NCBI GenBank assembly: GCA_002269645.1
Contig: NIVC01000109.1
Location: forward strand, 545,670 to 609,669
Source: Macrostomum lignano
Taxonomy: Eukaryota
DNA: 64,000 nucleotides
Direction: 5' to 3'
Part shown: positions 25,120 to 37,600 of the stretch, piece after piece
Position numbering within the stretch: position 1 is the stretch's first letter
How the letters are laid out: each line of letters opens with the position of its first letter
The notes under the pieces: model-generated
What the model saw: only the letters and a program-made list of their open reading frames with translations
What the model was told of the DNA's origin: nothing
Databases searched by the model: none
Made by a program: the position numbers and the translations under genes

Positions 25120-26364
25120 GATATTATGGCTAAGTGCTACTGCTACAAATTTGATTTTGCCACATTCTTTTGCCTTTGCTTATTCTTGAGGCTGCCACAC
25201 TAGTATTTCGTCACAATATACTACAATACTACAAGCAAAAAAGCACTTAACCCCATCTTGTACCCTAGGGCCTAGTTAAATTGAACAGACAGTCAGAAGT
25301 AAGTGGGGCTCAAGTCCCAAATGGGTGTATTCATGTCAATAAAATAGGGGGTAGGGTCAAATGCAGGTAAGACAATGGGGATAGAGTATGCAACTAAGGT
25401 AAGAGGCAAGATTGAGAAGCCAATTAGAAGGCAACAAGGTAAAGATAAAAATAAAAAAGATTGAGCCAGATAGAAAAGAAGAGAAAAAAGTAAACAAAGA
25501 CAAGTAAAGGTTAAATAAAGAATGAATCTTTAATCTACTATAGTATATGCTATCTAGATTAGCTTAGCTAGGTTACCAAGCAGTGTGCATACTAAATATT
25601 TAAGACCATAAAAGCTATTTATATTAGGCCAACTATGGGCCTATATAAATTTTTATTGATATAGAAGCAATAAATTATCAGCTCTTAAAGAATTATAATA
25701 TGTATAATACACTAGTATCATTGTTATTAGAGCTAAAAAACGCTTATTAATAGAGCCTAGAGAATATCTATTAAGTAGCCTACCCTTTGCAGGGCCCTGC
25801 TTGGACTCAATTAGGGCCTATAAGGACATTGGGGCAATGACCGTGGCCCTTTTGGGACACCTTATAGCTGAGACATATAATCTTAGCTACCTATAACTAT
25901 AAGCTTTAGCATAAGAACTGACAGTTGAGCAGACTAGCATTATCCTTTATTGACTATAGAGCAATGTCATCTATATGCTAAGTGCAATAATTAGACAATA
26001 GCCTAGGTCATAGGCTAAATAGACCATTAGCTCACATGTATACACATGTGTACACATATCTATTCATAGCTATAAGTGCACCTGCACATATGTATATTTG
26101 CCTATACCTGCCAAATTTTCCTAGGTTATACTAGATGCTAGATAGAAAATAGGAACTTCTTCTATTGGGGCTTCATAGTGAGAAATGCCCATTCTGGCTC
26201 TAATATCAAGAATATCAAGTACTTTATCTATGAAAGCCCCCCCCCTACTATAGTCAGGATAGAGATATCTACCTTGGTCTAAACCTAGAACTTATTTACA
26301 CTTTTAGGCTTAAGAATCTTTACTACCTTATTTGCTATCAAAGAGCTAATAGGCCAATGACCAT

Positions 26365-26626
26365 CTATTGGCCGACCTGGCCAATCTGGCCACCGTAAAT
26401 TGTGGTGGACCAGGGGTAAGTCGCAAAAATGCCACCCCAAAGAATATGGATGTAGTACTAATTAGATGCCAAGGCATTTAGGTCTGATAAGACAGTCATA
26501 GTTATTCTTGCCGTTTACCCAAAACTGCGTTAATTTTGCTTTAGGGTTTTTTCACAGGTAAGTCGCATTTTTGGTCAAAAAGTAAGTCGCATGGCCAGTG
26601 TAAATCAGGGGGGTTGCGCATGTATG
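26365..26626. mobile_element. hAT-like MITE family copy 1 (left-truncated), carries a 28S rRNA fragment at 26457-26520
   Basis: High similarity to 28559-28836. Retains the right TIR gttgcgcatgtatg. Confidence 0.8.
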
Positions 26627-26720
26627 CCTCTAGATAAAGCTAATAAACCATAGTACATAATATGGACATTGGTATCACTAGATCTTGTATAATATCATAG
26701 CATTAACTACTTGTGGTTAC

Positions 26721-27610
26721 CATACATGCGCAACCTCCAAAATTTGGTTGGCCGTGCGACTTAGTTTTAATAAAAATGCGACATAGTTTTTGGCCAAAAA
26801 GCAACTTACATGTAAAAAATCCACCCTATTGGAATAAATGTTAAAAACCCGCGGACGCGCGCTTTAGAAAAGAGTCAAACTATTTTACCGCGCTTTAAGA
26901 TTATTAGAGATGTTCCGAAAGATCTGCAGTTTCGTCGAAATCAAAATTCGCTAACTTTCCAAAATCAAAATTGAAATTTCCCAAAATCATAATTCAGAAA
27001 AACAAAGTTTAGTATGAGCAACACTTACTTTTTTACTTTCAATTTACTGCTTAGCCAAAAAGTAATACATGTATATGTAGTAGAAATTAGTTTATTTTTA
27101 GCGACTTTTTAGACACTACCAAAATTTTCACTTCTAAATTTATTTCGAAATTGAAATTTGCTCTAAAAAAATTTGGAAAATTGAAATTGAATTTTTGGAA
27201 CATCTCTAAGCTTAATAAATTACGAGTGTATAAGCCCCTTCAACAGAGGTATTATACCCATTTCCATGTATATGTATTTGCTAAAACAGCAGCCAATAAG
27301 AAAGGGCAGCGCGCGCGCAGGCGATGCGCCTGTGCGCCCGCTGCACTTTAGAAAATTTCAAAAGTGCGCTGGACACCGTCCGCGGTTTTACAACTTTTTC
27401 CTATAGGGAAAAATCCAAAAGCAAAATTAACGCAACTTTGGGTAAACGGCAGGAGTAACTATGACTGTCTTATTAGGCCAAAATGCCTCGTCAGCTACTT
27501 AGTACTACTACTTTGGTGTTTTTTTGGGTGGGCATTTTTGCAACTTCCTTGGTTGGCTGCCTAATCAGTCAGCTGGATTGGCCGACTTGGCCGACTGTTG
27601 CACATGTATG
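26721..27610. mobile_element. hAT-like MITE family copy 2 (inverted), with a nested insertion; 28S fragment at 27440-27503
   Basis: TIRs catacatgcgcaac / gttgcacatgtatg. Perfect 8-bp TSD gtggttac (26713-26720 and 27611-27618). Confidence 0.88.
26824..27408. mobile_element. Nested MITE with ~33-bp TIRs and a 9-bp TSD (Mutator-like)
   Basis: ccctattggaataaatgttaaaaacccgcggacg versus cgtccgcggttttacaactttttcctataggg. Perfect 9-bp TSD aaaaatcca (26815-26823 and 27409-27417). Confidence 0.8.
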
Positions 27611-28360
27611 GTGGTTACCACTGATTAATAGAATTGGTGGTAATACTTTCTTACTATATCTAGTCCATTACAATTGTTATAGATAATATAATTAATATTA
27701 TTAATATTATTAACATAATTATTTTTTATTAGGCCTATAATTATTAAAATAGGTATAGTCAATAAAAAGGGATTCTATAGATTTGAATAAGGCCTAAACA
27801 TAAATATTGTTTATTAGACCACCTATAGAATAGCATAGGCCTAACAATTGCATACATACAATTGCCTATGCAACAACTGCCTAGCCCTAGGCAACAACTG
27901 CTTTTGTTTAAGTTAATAACTATGTGAACCAATGTACTATAGCAGTAACAAATAGTTTCTATTAATTTAGAATTTTGCACATATAATATAGTTGTTAAAT
28001 AAAAAATATAATTTATTTTTGCTTTTTGAATTTATTATAGGTCTACTAAAACCTGTTTTTTTCTTTGTTATTATATATTTTATATTTTCTTCTAATTATT
28101 AGGCCTAATATTAATAATAACTAGGCCTATAATGTTATGTTCTGAGTTGTTAAACAAGCTCAGCTAGGCCCCCTAATAGTCAATTGTCTCTATAATTAGC
28201 TATTGCTACAAGCAGTTATTATGTAGGCAGTTTTTTTGCAGGCAGTTGTCATGCAAGCAGTTGTTGCATAGGCAGTTATGTATAGTCAATTGTTGTAGAA
28301 CCATCTATAGGCCTATATATTATAACTTAAATGAGTACTTATAGAAATGATGGCTATATA

Positions 28361-29764
28361 CAAGGGATATCCCAAAAATTGGTGCACTTTCTTCACTACA
28401 GCCTTTTCTGATCAATCAGAAATATTAAGTCTGTTGCAGTTGAAAAGAGAATTATCTGCCCATTAAAATGATATTCTGTTTATTTAGACTGTATCTGCTA
28501 GCATTCTTGAGAAATGAGCACTTTTCTACCCCACCCCAATGCTACTTCTACAAATTGCCATACATGCGCAACTGCTGGCTGACCTGGCCAATCTGGCCAC
28601 TGTAAATTGTGGTGGATCAGGGGTAAGTTGCAAAAATGCCCAGCCTAAAGAATACAGACATAGTACTAATTAGATGACGAGGCATTTAGCCCTTATAAGA
28701 CAGTCATAATTACTCTTGCTATTTACCCAAAATTTGAGGTTTCTTTTGTTGGGGTTTTTTTTCACAGGTAAGTTGCATTTTTGGTCAAAAAGTAAGTCGC
28801 ATGGCCAGTGTAAATCAGGGAGGTTGCGCATGTATGCAAATTGCCATAGACTAAAGCATTGTACCTGATACACAAAACAATGAAACATTCAACAAATCAA
28901 AAGTTAATCATCAACATTGTCGTGAGGCTTCTTGACATAGTAATCACTGTGCTGCACACTTTTGCCATTAGCTGTGCATGTCATCAATGGCATCAGCAAT
29001 AGCATAGGCAAATCCAAGCATTGCTTGACACTGATGCCAGACTGACAGTTTGTGAGATTGTAGACATGCTTGGCAATCCAAAGTCCACTGTTCTACTGCA
29101 CGATAACTGAGGAGTTGGAACTGTGAAAGATCTTAGCCCACTAAGTACCGCAGCTTTGTACTTTCTGCCCCATGACAATGCATGTCCCACACAGCCAAGA
29201 AAACAGAGAAGACAAATTTTGTGTTGCTCTCAGTGTCATCCTATTCTCCAGATTTGTTAACTACTGACTTTGCCTTCTTTCCAAAGAGGAAGCTGCTACA
29301 TGGACAAATCTTTGCTTATTGTGGGAGCCTGAAGCATTGAATTGCCAAGTCCTCCTTCATGAGATGCCACACTCAGATCTTGCTAATTGACAAAATTGAC
29401 AATATGCACAGCCAATGTCAGAAGTGTGCAGCACAGTGGTGACTATATAGAAAAGCCTCAAGACAATATTGATGATTAACTTTCAATTGTTCTTTCCTCA
29501 GCTTTAATGTTGCGGATGTTTTGTTGATTCATTGAATGTTTTGTTGTTTTGTGCATCAGGTAGCACAAAAAAATTTGTAGAAGTAGCACAGGGATAGGGC
29601 AGAAAAGCACTCATATCTCAAGAATGCTGGCAGATATAGAAATAAATAGAAAGTCATTTTAACTGGTAGATAATTCTCTTTTCAATTGCAATAGACTTAA
29701 TATTTCTAATCAGTCAGAAGAGGCTATAGTGAAGAAAGTGCACCAATTTTTGGGACATCCCTAG
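28361..29764 (+). mobile_element. Tc1/mariner deletion derivative with long inverted arms
   Basis: TA-flanked termini caagggatatcccaaaaattggtgcac / gtgcaccaatttttgggacatccctag. Internal decayed transposase motifs: DARLTVCEIVDMLGNPKSTV, HDNACP-HTAKKT, PYSPDL..TDFAFFP, QKCAAHSGDYIEK. Confidence 0.88.
28559..28836. mobile_element. hAT-like MITE family copy 3 (complete, 278 bp), inserted in the mariner left arm; 28S fragment at 28665-28728
   Basis: Perfect 14-bp TIRs catacatgcgcaac / gttgcgcatgtatg. Perfect 8-bp TSD caaattgc (28551-28558 and 28837-28844). Confidence 0.92.
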
Positions 29765-29807
29765 TATTTAATATTGGTCATTGGAGCTTATAGTTAATAG
29801 GCACATC

Positions 29808-29810
<3 letters not shown>

Positions 29811-29846
<36 letters not shown>
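29811..29846. repeat. (TA)n microsatellite
   Basis: Direct reading. Confidence 0.95.
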
Positions 29847-29848
<2 letters not shown>

Positions 29849-32234
29849 CACACATAGTAAGCCTAGGCCTACTGTTGCTTTAAATTTTGGCAATAAAAAA
29901 TCATTGTCATTTCCAATGTTGAACAGTTAAATGGATTATATATTAGCCTTAGGGACATGGCTAGGCTACCCTTTGTATGTTTAACCTTAAGATTTAAAGT
30001 TTAAGTATAAACTCATACAATTTAATGACATGGCCTTGGCGCTATGCAGACTTCATTGATGGCCCTATAGCTGCTGTCTCCAGTGGACTAGGCCTAGTGG
30101 GAGACTACATGTACTAGGGGCCTAATATTAGGCCTAGGCCTATAGACACAGCAGCCCAGTCAAATCTATAAGTATGGACCTAATCATTACTAGAGGCAGG
30201 GCCATTGTTTTTATAAGTTTTTGGATTATAGACATGGGCCTGGCTTATTAAACTTAAACTTATAGGCCTATTTCCTATTATAGCCTAGCCTTGTCGTAGG
30301 TCTATGTACAAACTGCCTAATTTGTCTATTAATTTTTAGTTCTATATAATATGAGCAATGAGCATATAGACAAATCCATGCAAGGCAATGGCATGTGGGT
30401 GGCTATGGGCTGGGCCTTCAGTTCAGGCAGAGGCAGCAAGAGAGAGATTAGTCTAGAAACTTTCCTGAGATATCTAGGCCAATCGGCAATCGCTAAAGCA
30501 GTTAAGATATAAGATATATAAGAAATATATAGGGGGGCCTAAGTTATATTCTCGACTAAGAAGGATTCGAAAGTCGTGATTGGTAGGCCTATTGCTTCGT
30601 TAGATAGAACGTACGCCGTGCGAGTCCATATGCTGTAAACATAGTCATATATGCTAAATAACGTTACGATTACGACCCACTCAACATGACTGAGTATTTT
30701 TTGCCGCCATTTTCACACGTGCGAATTAACGACAATTTTAGAACAACATAACGAATTTTCAGATCCACATTCCACAGCGCAGCTTTGATGTATAATCTCG
30801 GCAAAAATGATTAGGAGTAGGACTCTAATGCTCCTACATCAAATATCTAATGCTCAACTGCAATTGGGGACACCACAGACTATATAAAAGGAACTTGAAT
30901 TATCTTGCATGATAATTCAAGAGAATGGTTAATCTTCACTGCCCCAGATCAAATTGAGTTTTACGTCCTGTACGTAAACATCCAACGTAGAACATCCAAT
31001 ATATCCAACATCTCGTATATACTCGTATGTATAAAACAGTGGTCCTAATTGTGTCTGCTGATGCTGGCTGACTTTTGCGCCCTGGACTCGATTTTTAGTG
31101 GTGCTGTCAAAGTTTGCTTGGCCGCGAGGCATGCCCTACATGTAGCTGCGGTGACGCTACTTCATTACCAATGCAATGTGCATCCAAATGTAGTTTTATC
31201 GCTATTGTTTCTGCATGTACATGTATATTTTTCACGAGCGTACAATCTACTCGTTTTTGTTCCTTCAGCGTATTCGATCGTAATGCCTTATAATACTTAT
31301 TTATATTAGAGATATTTTTTGTGTGCTTCTACCACTAGGGGCGTCGCGCGCCATGGATTTTATGGTGGGGGGGACAAAGCCAAGAATTCAACATGTACAT
31401 GTACATGACTAAATTTTGGCACTACTTTTGGCGCTGCAGGCACTCATTTTAGCACCGCAGAAATATCCTTTTAGAGTGCCGCAGGCACTCATTTTACCGC
31501 CGCAGGCACTCACTTTGGCGCCGCAGGCACTCATGAAGATTTTATGAGCTTTCTTAGTAGCAAACCTTCTCAAAAATAAAACCTTCTCAAAAGTATAATT
31601 GTAATACCCGTGCAACAAGTACCAAATTTAATTTTTAGTGTCGGGATCGATCACTTTCTCGTAATTTTTACTGATACCGGTAGTATAGGCATAACTCGCA
31701 TTGGGTTAAACGTTGTTACAGGTAATATCATTTGTGCTATTGCTTTAGTATTATTGTCAAAGTCATCTTCATTAAGTAAAGAGTACAGCTACAACTGCTA
31801 CATCTGGAGTGTATATAGAGAGTAGTATTCCGGTGAGCAATCATCTATGCCTTACTCGATCCTATCCGATGTGACAGTGGCGCTATTGTTGTGATCAGTT
31901 CGTGCGTGATGAGCCCTATATATCCTATCCGGCTCGTGTGCCCTTCCCCAGCCGGAGACATCGCTTCCATACGTCACGAATTCTGCAGGGAGCTGCAGAC
32001 ATGCGGATGCTCCCCCAACTATATCTGTTGTGATTTTTTCCCGATGCTTTCGACAGAGGCAGACTCCGTGAGCCGGCGGTGACTGTCAAGCCGCGCGGCA
32101 TGCAGCTTGACTAAAATATCGCAGACTTTAACCCTGCTCTCCTGGCTTCTATATTGTTTTTTGACGTTTTGCTTACAAAACGAAGCTTTCTAAAACAGTA
32201 GCAACACCAGACTGACCCAATTACAGAAATTACA

Positions 32235-32430
32235 GCATTAGCTGGGGTACTAAACAGCCGCACGCAGCCTTCAGATGCGCCGCGCAATAGCTGCGGCTGA
32301 GCTGTGCACATCTGGCCATTAGGGCAGGTGTGATAAATTAATAAATTATAAATTAATTATTATATTAATATATTATTGTCATAATTATTATTATTATTAT
32401 TATTATTATCATTAATATTATTAATAATTA
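32235..32430 (+). mobile_element. 3' fragment of SINE family B with (ATT)n tail
   Basis: cagccttcagatgcgccgcgcaatagctgcggctgagctg...ggccattagggcaggtg is shared with 54290-54377, and is followed by an ATT-rich tail. Confidence 0.7.
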
Positions 32431-32999
32431 TCCTGATATGTACTACTCGCCTTATAGACTCAGAGGCAGAAGTTAAGGCTGAAGTACTCACATGATTTAT
32501 TCCAAAGCGAGTCTACACAAGTTTACAAATCTACGCTCGTATCGAATACGAGACAGACATACTTGACTTAGCTGTAGGGGGCACCGAGCAGCGGATGCAG
32601 CAAAGAGGCGGAGGAGACCACTCATTCCGCTAGCCCCAGCTGGGCGACCAAAGACTTCCATCGAAGTGATTTCGCTCAGGGGGACCCGTCCGGTCTCGCC
32701 TGCAGCGCGGTCCTTCTCACCGGCGGTGGGGAAGAACTCAACTCGTCCTGTGTCCCCTGAGGTACCGGGCGAGCAGCGGGATGCTCTCGGGCTTGGAAAC
32801 GTCGAAGAGAACCGGGTTTGGCCCGAGGTGAGTGAAAACCGGGTAGTGACAGATAAAGTTCTCAGCAGTGGCACTGAAGGAAGTGGTGGCAAGAGAAGCA
32901 GCCGTGCCTGGAGAGGGCCATGCTGACTGCTCTGAGATCCCTGCGGCTGAGCCTCTGGATGGCTCGCGCAGGAGAGGGGAGGGGCAGGGAACGGCAGCA

Positions 33000-33320
33000 C
33001 GGGATTGCCTGCAACCGGCGAGAGGCATCACTGCCCATTCCGCCAACTCCCCTAAGCAGACACAAGCGCGGGGATGCGTATGCAGTCATACGCACAGGCG
33101 CACACTCACACAGGAGTGTACAGCGGCCCTAACTTTATTTATCGTTATGCATGTACACTTCACTGTGCCTTGCGGATTGTCTCTCAAGGGGCGTTAATTG
33201 CATGAGCAGAGCCAAGCCCAGATTCCAATTCAGCCCCAAATTAATGTGACTGTACTTGGAATCGAGCCTGGGCCGCTGGTACATCAGAGCGCCGCGCTAG
33301 ACTACTGGGCTGCGGCCCCC
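33000..33320 (-). mobile_element. tRNA-derived SINE family A, copy 1
   Basis: Minus-strand head ggggccgcagcccagtagtctagcgcggcgctctgatgtaccagcggcccaggctcgattcc has A- and B-box-like motifs. The body is shared with 50110-50450 and 61067-61330. Confidence 0.8.
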
Positions 33321-34612
33321 TCTGTACGCATACGCAAAGTTTTCTAAGACTGCTAATTAGTGTCGATTTTTCAAAGACGAGACAAAAGATTGAAAAACTA
33401 TATGACGAAAACAAATTTATAGATTCGCTGTCAATCTTTCGTATTCATTAGTGATACGTGAGAGTAACAACTGATAGTTCAATCATGCCAACGTTCATAA
33501 AATTCAGTATGTTTCAGCATGACTCAGAAACAGCTAGACCCCCCCCCCCCCGATTGAACAAGGTCTTTAATGCCAGTTTCAGTATCGTGTGTAGGAACCA
33601 CGAGCATGCAAAAGTGCCGTCACTCGGATCGTGGCACCCCGGATCACCAGCCCGTTGATGAACTCTTGGAGCAGCTGGTGCCAGGCATTTTATCCCGTTG
33701 AAACTCTTCACAGTTGGCCTCTTTAAAACTGTTCTGCCTTTTGAAAATCGGCTGTCTGCCGCATCTGTTTGTGTGTTTTTATGCGGTTGGCATTGGAGAG
33801 AACAGCACCGTTGGCTTGCCTAGCTTCAGTCTGTCTACAAAAAAATATGAGAGGACAGGAAAACGGCAGGCCCAGCGGTGGGGGGCATTGGGAAGAAGTG
33901 TCGAGGGCATGGGATGAAAATGGGAATTGAAGGTTTTAGTTCGCGCAGATATCTGTTAGCTGGGATTGGCTGAACGCTGTGAGCCTTGTTGAAGACCGAC
34001 CTCTGTGCCTTTCCTCTCCACCCCTCCCTCTGTCTCTCTTTCTCTTGTTCTCAGCCTTGGCTTAAAATGCGGAAGCAAAAAATGCTACTCACCCTGCCCT
34101 TAGTGCTCCGGTTGTGGAAGAAGCTGGCCCAAGGAGGAGGCGCTCCCCGCCGTGTGTCTCCCCGCTTCCAGCGCTCAACGCTGCCTCGCTGTGCACTCAC
34201 TTTCTCTCTTCTCCTCATGCAGACGCAAACACAGCAGTACCCCCCGCTGTGAGCAGCATCCAATACCAAGCCTGCAGCTGCAGCCCTTCCCTCATTACAA
34301 TTTTCACTGGAATCGGCCGCACACCAACCCAAACCCGCCAACCCAAACCGAAAAATATATTTTTTATTCGTCCCACCTGTCTTCCTTCCAACCCGCTCTC
34401 TTATTTAGCCCAGCAATTAGAGATTCAATTGCAAGCGCTCTCCCAACTCCTATCGAAATTTAATTGGCGCCAGAACCAGCCAGTTGAACCAATCGAACGC
34501 ATTAGGCAGCAGCGACATGCTGAATCACGGCAGCTGGCCTCGACGCTTTTGCCAACGCGAAGCGAGCGCAGCCAAGCGAAACTTTTGATAGCTCTGAACG
34601 AAAGAAAAGACG

Positions 34613-37600
34613 ATGAGCGAGACAGCAAAGGGCCAGCAGCAGCAGGCAAAGACGCCTGACAAGCATCCACCGGAAGTCGAAGTGACAGCCGAAGGGGAGC
34701 TGCTATATCAGGGCTTCTATCCGGTGGTCTTGAGGTTCCTGCACCAGCGACATCCGGTCAGATCGTGGTGCCTTCGAGCCATCACATGGCCATATCCTTT
34801 CTGTCTTGTTTTTTTAGCTTGTTTGATTGCATTTTTGTTACCTATGGTGCTATTTAGGATATTTTTATCGGTCTATAAGCCTCAAAAGGATTAAGGCAGT
34901 TTAATTCAGTTGGTGTAGCGAATTAAACTGTCTTTTTTTCAGAATCGGATGCATTAACCACTGTGCTGCTCTGCCTCCTGGTTCGTGGGTCAAGTGTTTT
35001 TATGATTAAGAAAGTGATAGCATTGTTTTACAGCAGACAGTCTAAATTATTTCTCATCATTGTCAACCGTAGAGAGAACTGGACGAAAATCCCAATTTAA
35101 TTAACCTTATGATTACCAGTGGCATGCTGTGCATGCCATCGTTCATTCTGTCAATTGCTCTCAGCAGTGACAAATGAGTCATCGCTCGACTCATTGCTCG
35201 ATTCGCTGTCGAGGCCCAAGTTTCGCAAGGCTTGCTTGGCTGCTTGCCGTCGCTGTCTGACCGCTTGCATTGTAACATTTGGTAAGCTGGGGTGATGAGC
35301 TAAGGAGGCACGAGTAAAATTATGGTAGTTAATTTTTCATGTCTGTATTTTCTCTCTTTTGTCTTTTTTCTAGCTTGGCCATAGACTATTCTCCAGTCAA
35401 AGATGTCACTTCTCCTGTTGAGAAAGCGTTTTCTTGCCTGTGCATAATAAAGCAACTGTTTTGAAATTCGAAGTGTACAGCGCAGATCTAAATTGTCTAT
35501 GGCATGCACTGCTTGCCATTTGGTAAGATAGAGATGTGGGGAGGAATTCTGTCGTAGACTAGTGGTTAAAAGAGCTGTTCAACACTGCTCATCATTCTAC
35601 CCCAAGTCATTTCCTCGATGCAATTTTCAATTAAAATCCTCCCTCATAGCAGGGAAGGGCAGAAAAGTTCGTTTGGGATTTTCGCGGGAAAAAAGTGATT
35701 ATTCTTGGAATGATCACTGGGGCACTGGGGTCAAATGCCAAAGCATTGGTCAAGCAGTGAGTTCTGGAGGCATTCAAATTTTAGCGAACCGCATGGCACA
35801 CGGCTGGGAGGGTGAGGACTGAGAGAGGTGGCACGAGACGCAGTGTGGGTCGGTTGTCCCAATTTGACTTATTGGTTGGCGAGAACCGCTGCCACAGGGC
35901 AATAGTGCAGGAACAGCAACAGCAGAACGCATCCGCCTGAGAGAGACTGAGCTGAGGCCTTTGTCTTCGCCTCATGGAGTCGGGCTGAGCCCAAGGGGAT
36001 GAGGGAGCAGGGAGGGACGAGGCAAAAGGATGCTCTCTGACCCAGAGCTGCAGCAAGCAGGTTTGGGACTGGTGGCTGACCGTCACATCAAATTCCACTC
36101 CATTACCGTGGGGTCGTGAGGTCTGAGTTGGCTTGGGAAAAATGCCCAGTTTTTATTCCTCTGAGTTCCCTTCGTGTTCTCGCAACTGTTTTATGTCTTA
36201 AAATACGTTCTTCTACATGCCGACCTTGTCCACTTGTCAACTTGTGATTCCACTTGTGCCTTCCGTTTGAGAAATGAGGGGGACCTTGCATCCCTATAGC
36301 CTCCCTGTGCGTGTTGTTCTGACTGTTATCCTATTTGAGTTTTCCTCCCAATACAATCTGCTCAACCAAGTGGGCAGCAGCTTCTGCAATTAACCATTAG
36401 TAGGTTGTCAGCAGTCGGGCAGGCAAACCTCGAGATTTGAAGGAAATGAAAATTCTGCAAAGCTTTCGTTCAATTCCAATTTCGTAGCTTCTGAATGGGG
36501 TTGATTGGGAATTTCAATTTTCTTTCATTTCTGCGGCAATCTCTCCATGCAGAAGGAGTCTGCAAGAATGGATTTAATTTCATAATTTTTCTCCTCTACG
36601 TAGTTCTCAGTCGGCGATATATATAGGAAGGCTTTGGGATAGGACGTCTTATCATATTCTTGATTTCCGGGATCAAACCTCTACGTTAGCTGAGTGTTAT
36701 ATGAGGGGGGGGGGTTCACTACTGGGCCTCTTTCAGTTCAGAACCAGGCACTTGGAAAGAGGCCAGACAGGCTGGGAGAAGGGATCAGTCCCTACTGTAC
36801 TTCCTCATTTGCCCACAACGGGGCAACTGCTTTTAATTGATTTGAAAAATCGTTCTGCACATGGAATTGAGCCCATCGTGAGAGATTGAGGGGAATTCGG
36901 GGGGGGGGGGTATTAGACCGAGGATAAGGAAGCTGAGAGGCTGAGTGGCTGCTTCAGCAGTGTTGTTGCGACGCCCTACCTGTACTTGGCAACAAAATTG
37001 GCAACCCGACTGAAGTCGCATTCGAGAGTCTATCTCGGTTCCGCTTCGCTAATTTCCTTCTCTGAGGGGCCCAAGGTTATGAAGAGGAAACTGGCAACAA
37101 AGTCAAGTCTAGACTTTGGCCTGCAGCTTAGCGTTAAGCATCATCATTTAATGAATAGGGATATGGAATGAGAGAGGCTGAGAGATTAGGAAGGATAGAA
37201 GATAAGAGATGGGTGGATTGGGGTGAGAGATGGGATGGTAGAGGGTGAGAGATGAGAGGGTAGAAGGTGAGAGATGGGAGGGTAGAGGTGAGAGATGGGA
37301 TGGTAGAGGGTGAGAGATGGGATGGTAGAGGGTGAGAGATGAGAGGGTAGAGGGTAGAGGGTGAGAGATGGGAGGGTAGAGGGTGAGAGATGGGATGGTA
37401 GAGGGTGAGAGATGGGATGGTAGAGGGTGAGAGATGGGAGGGTAGAGGGTGAGAGATGGGAGGGTAGAGGGTGAGAGATGGGAGGGTAGAGGGTGAGAGA
37501 TGGGAGGGTAGAGGGTGAGAGATGGGAGGGTAGAGGGTGAGAGATGGGAGGGTAGTGGGTGAGAGATGGGAGGGTAGAGGGTGAGAGATGGGATGGTAGA

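Noticed and set aside
26457-28728. rRNA gene annotation
   Set aside because: Only ~64 nt match 28S, the match is diverged, and it is embedded in TIR/TSD-bounded elements. It is not an rDNA unit.
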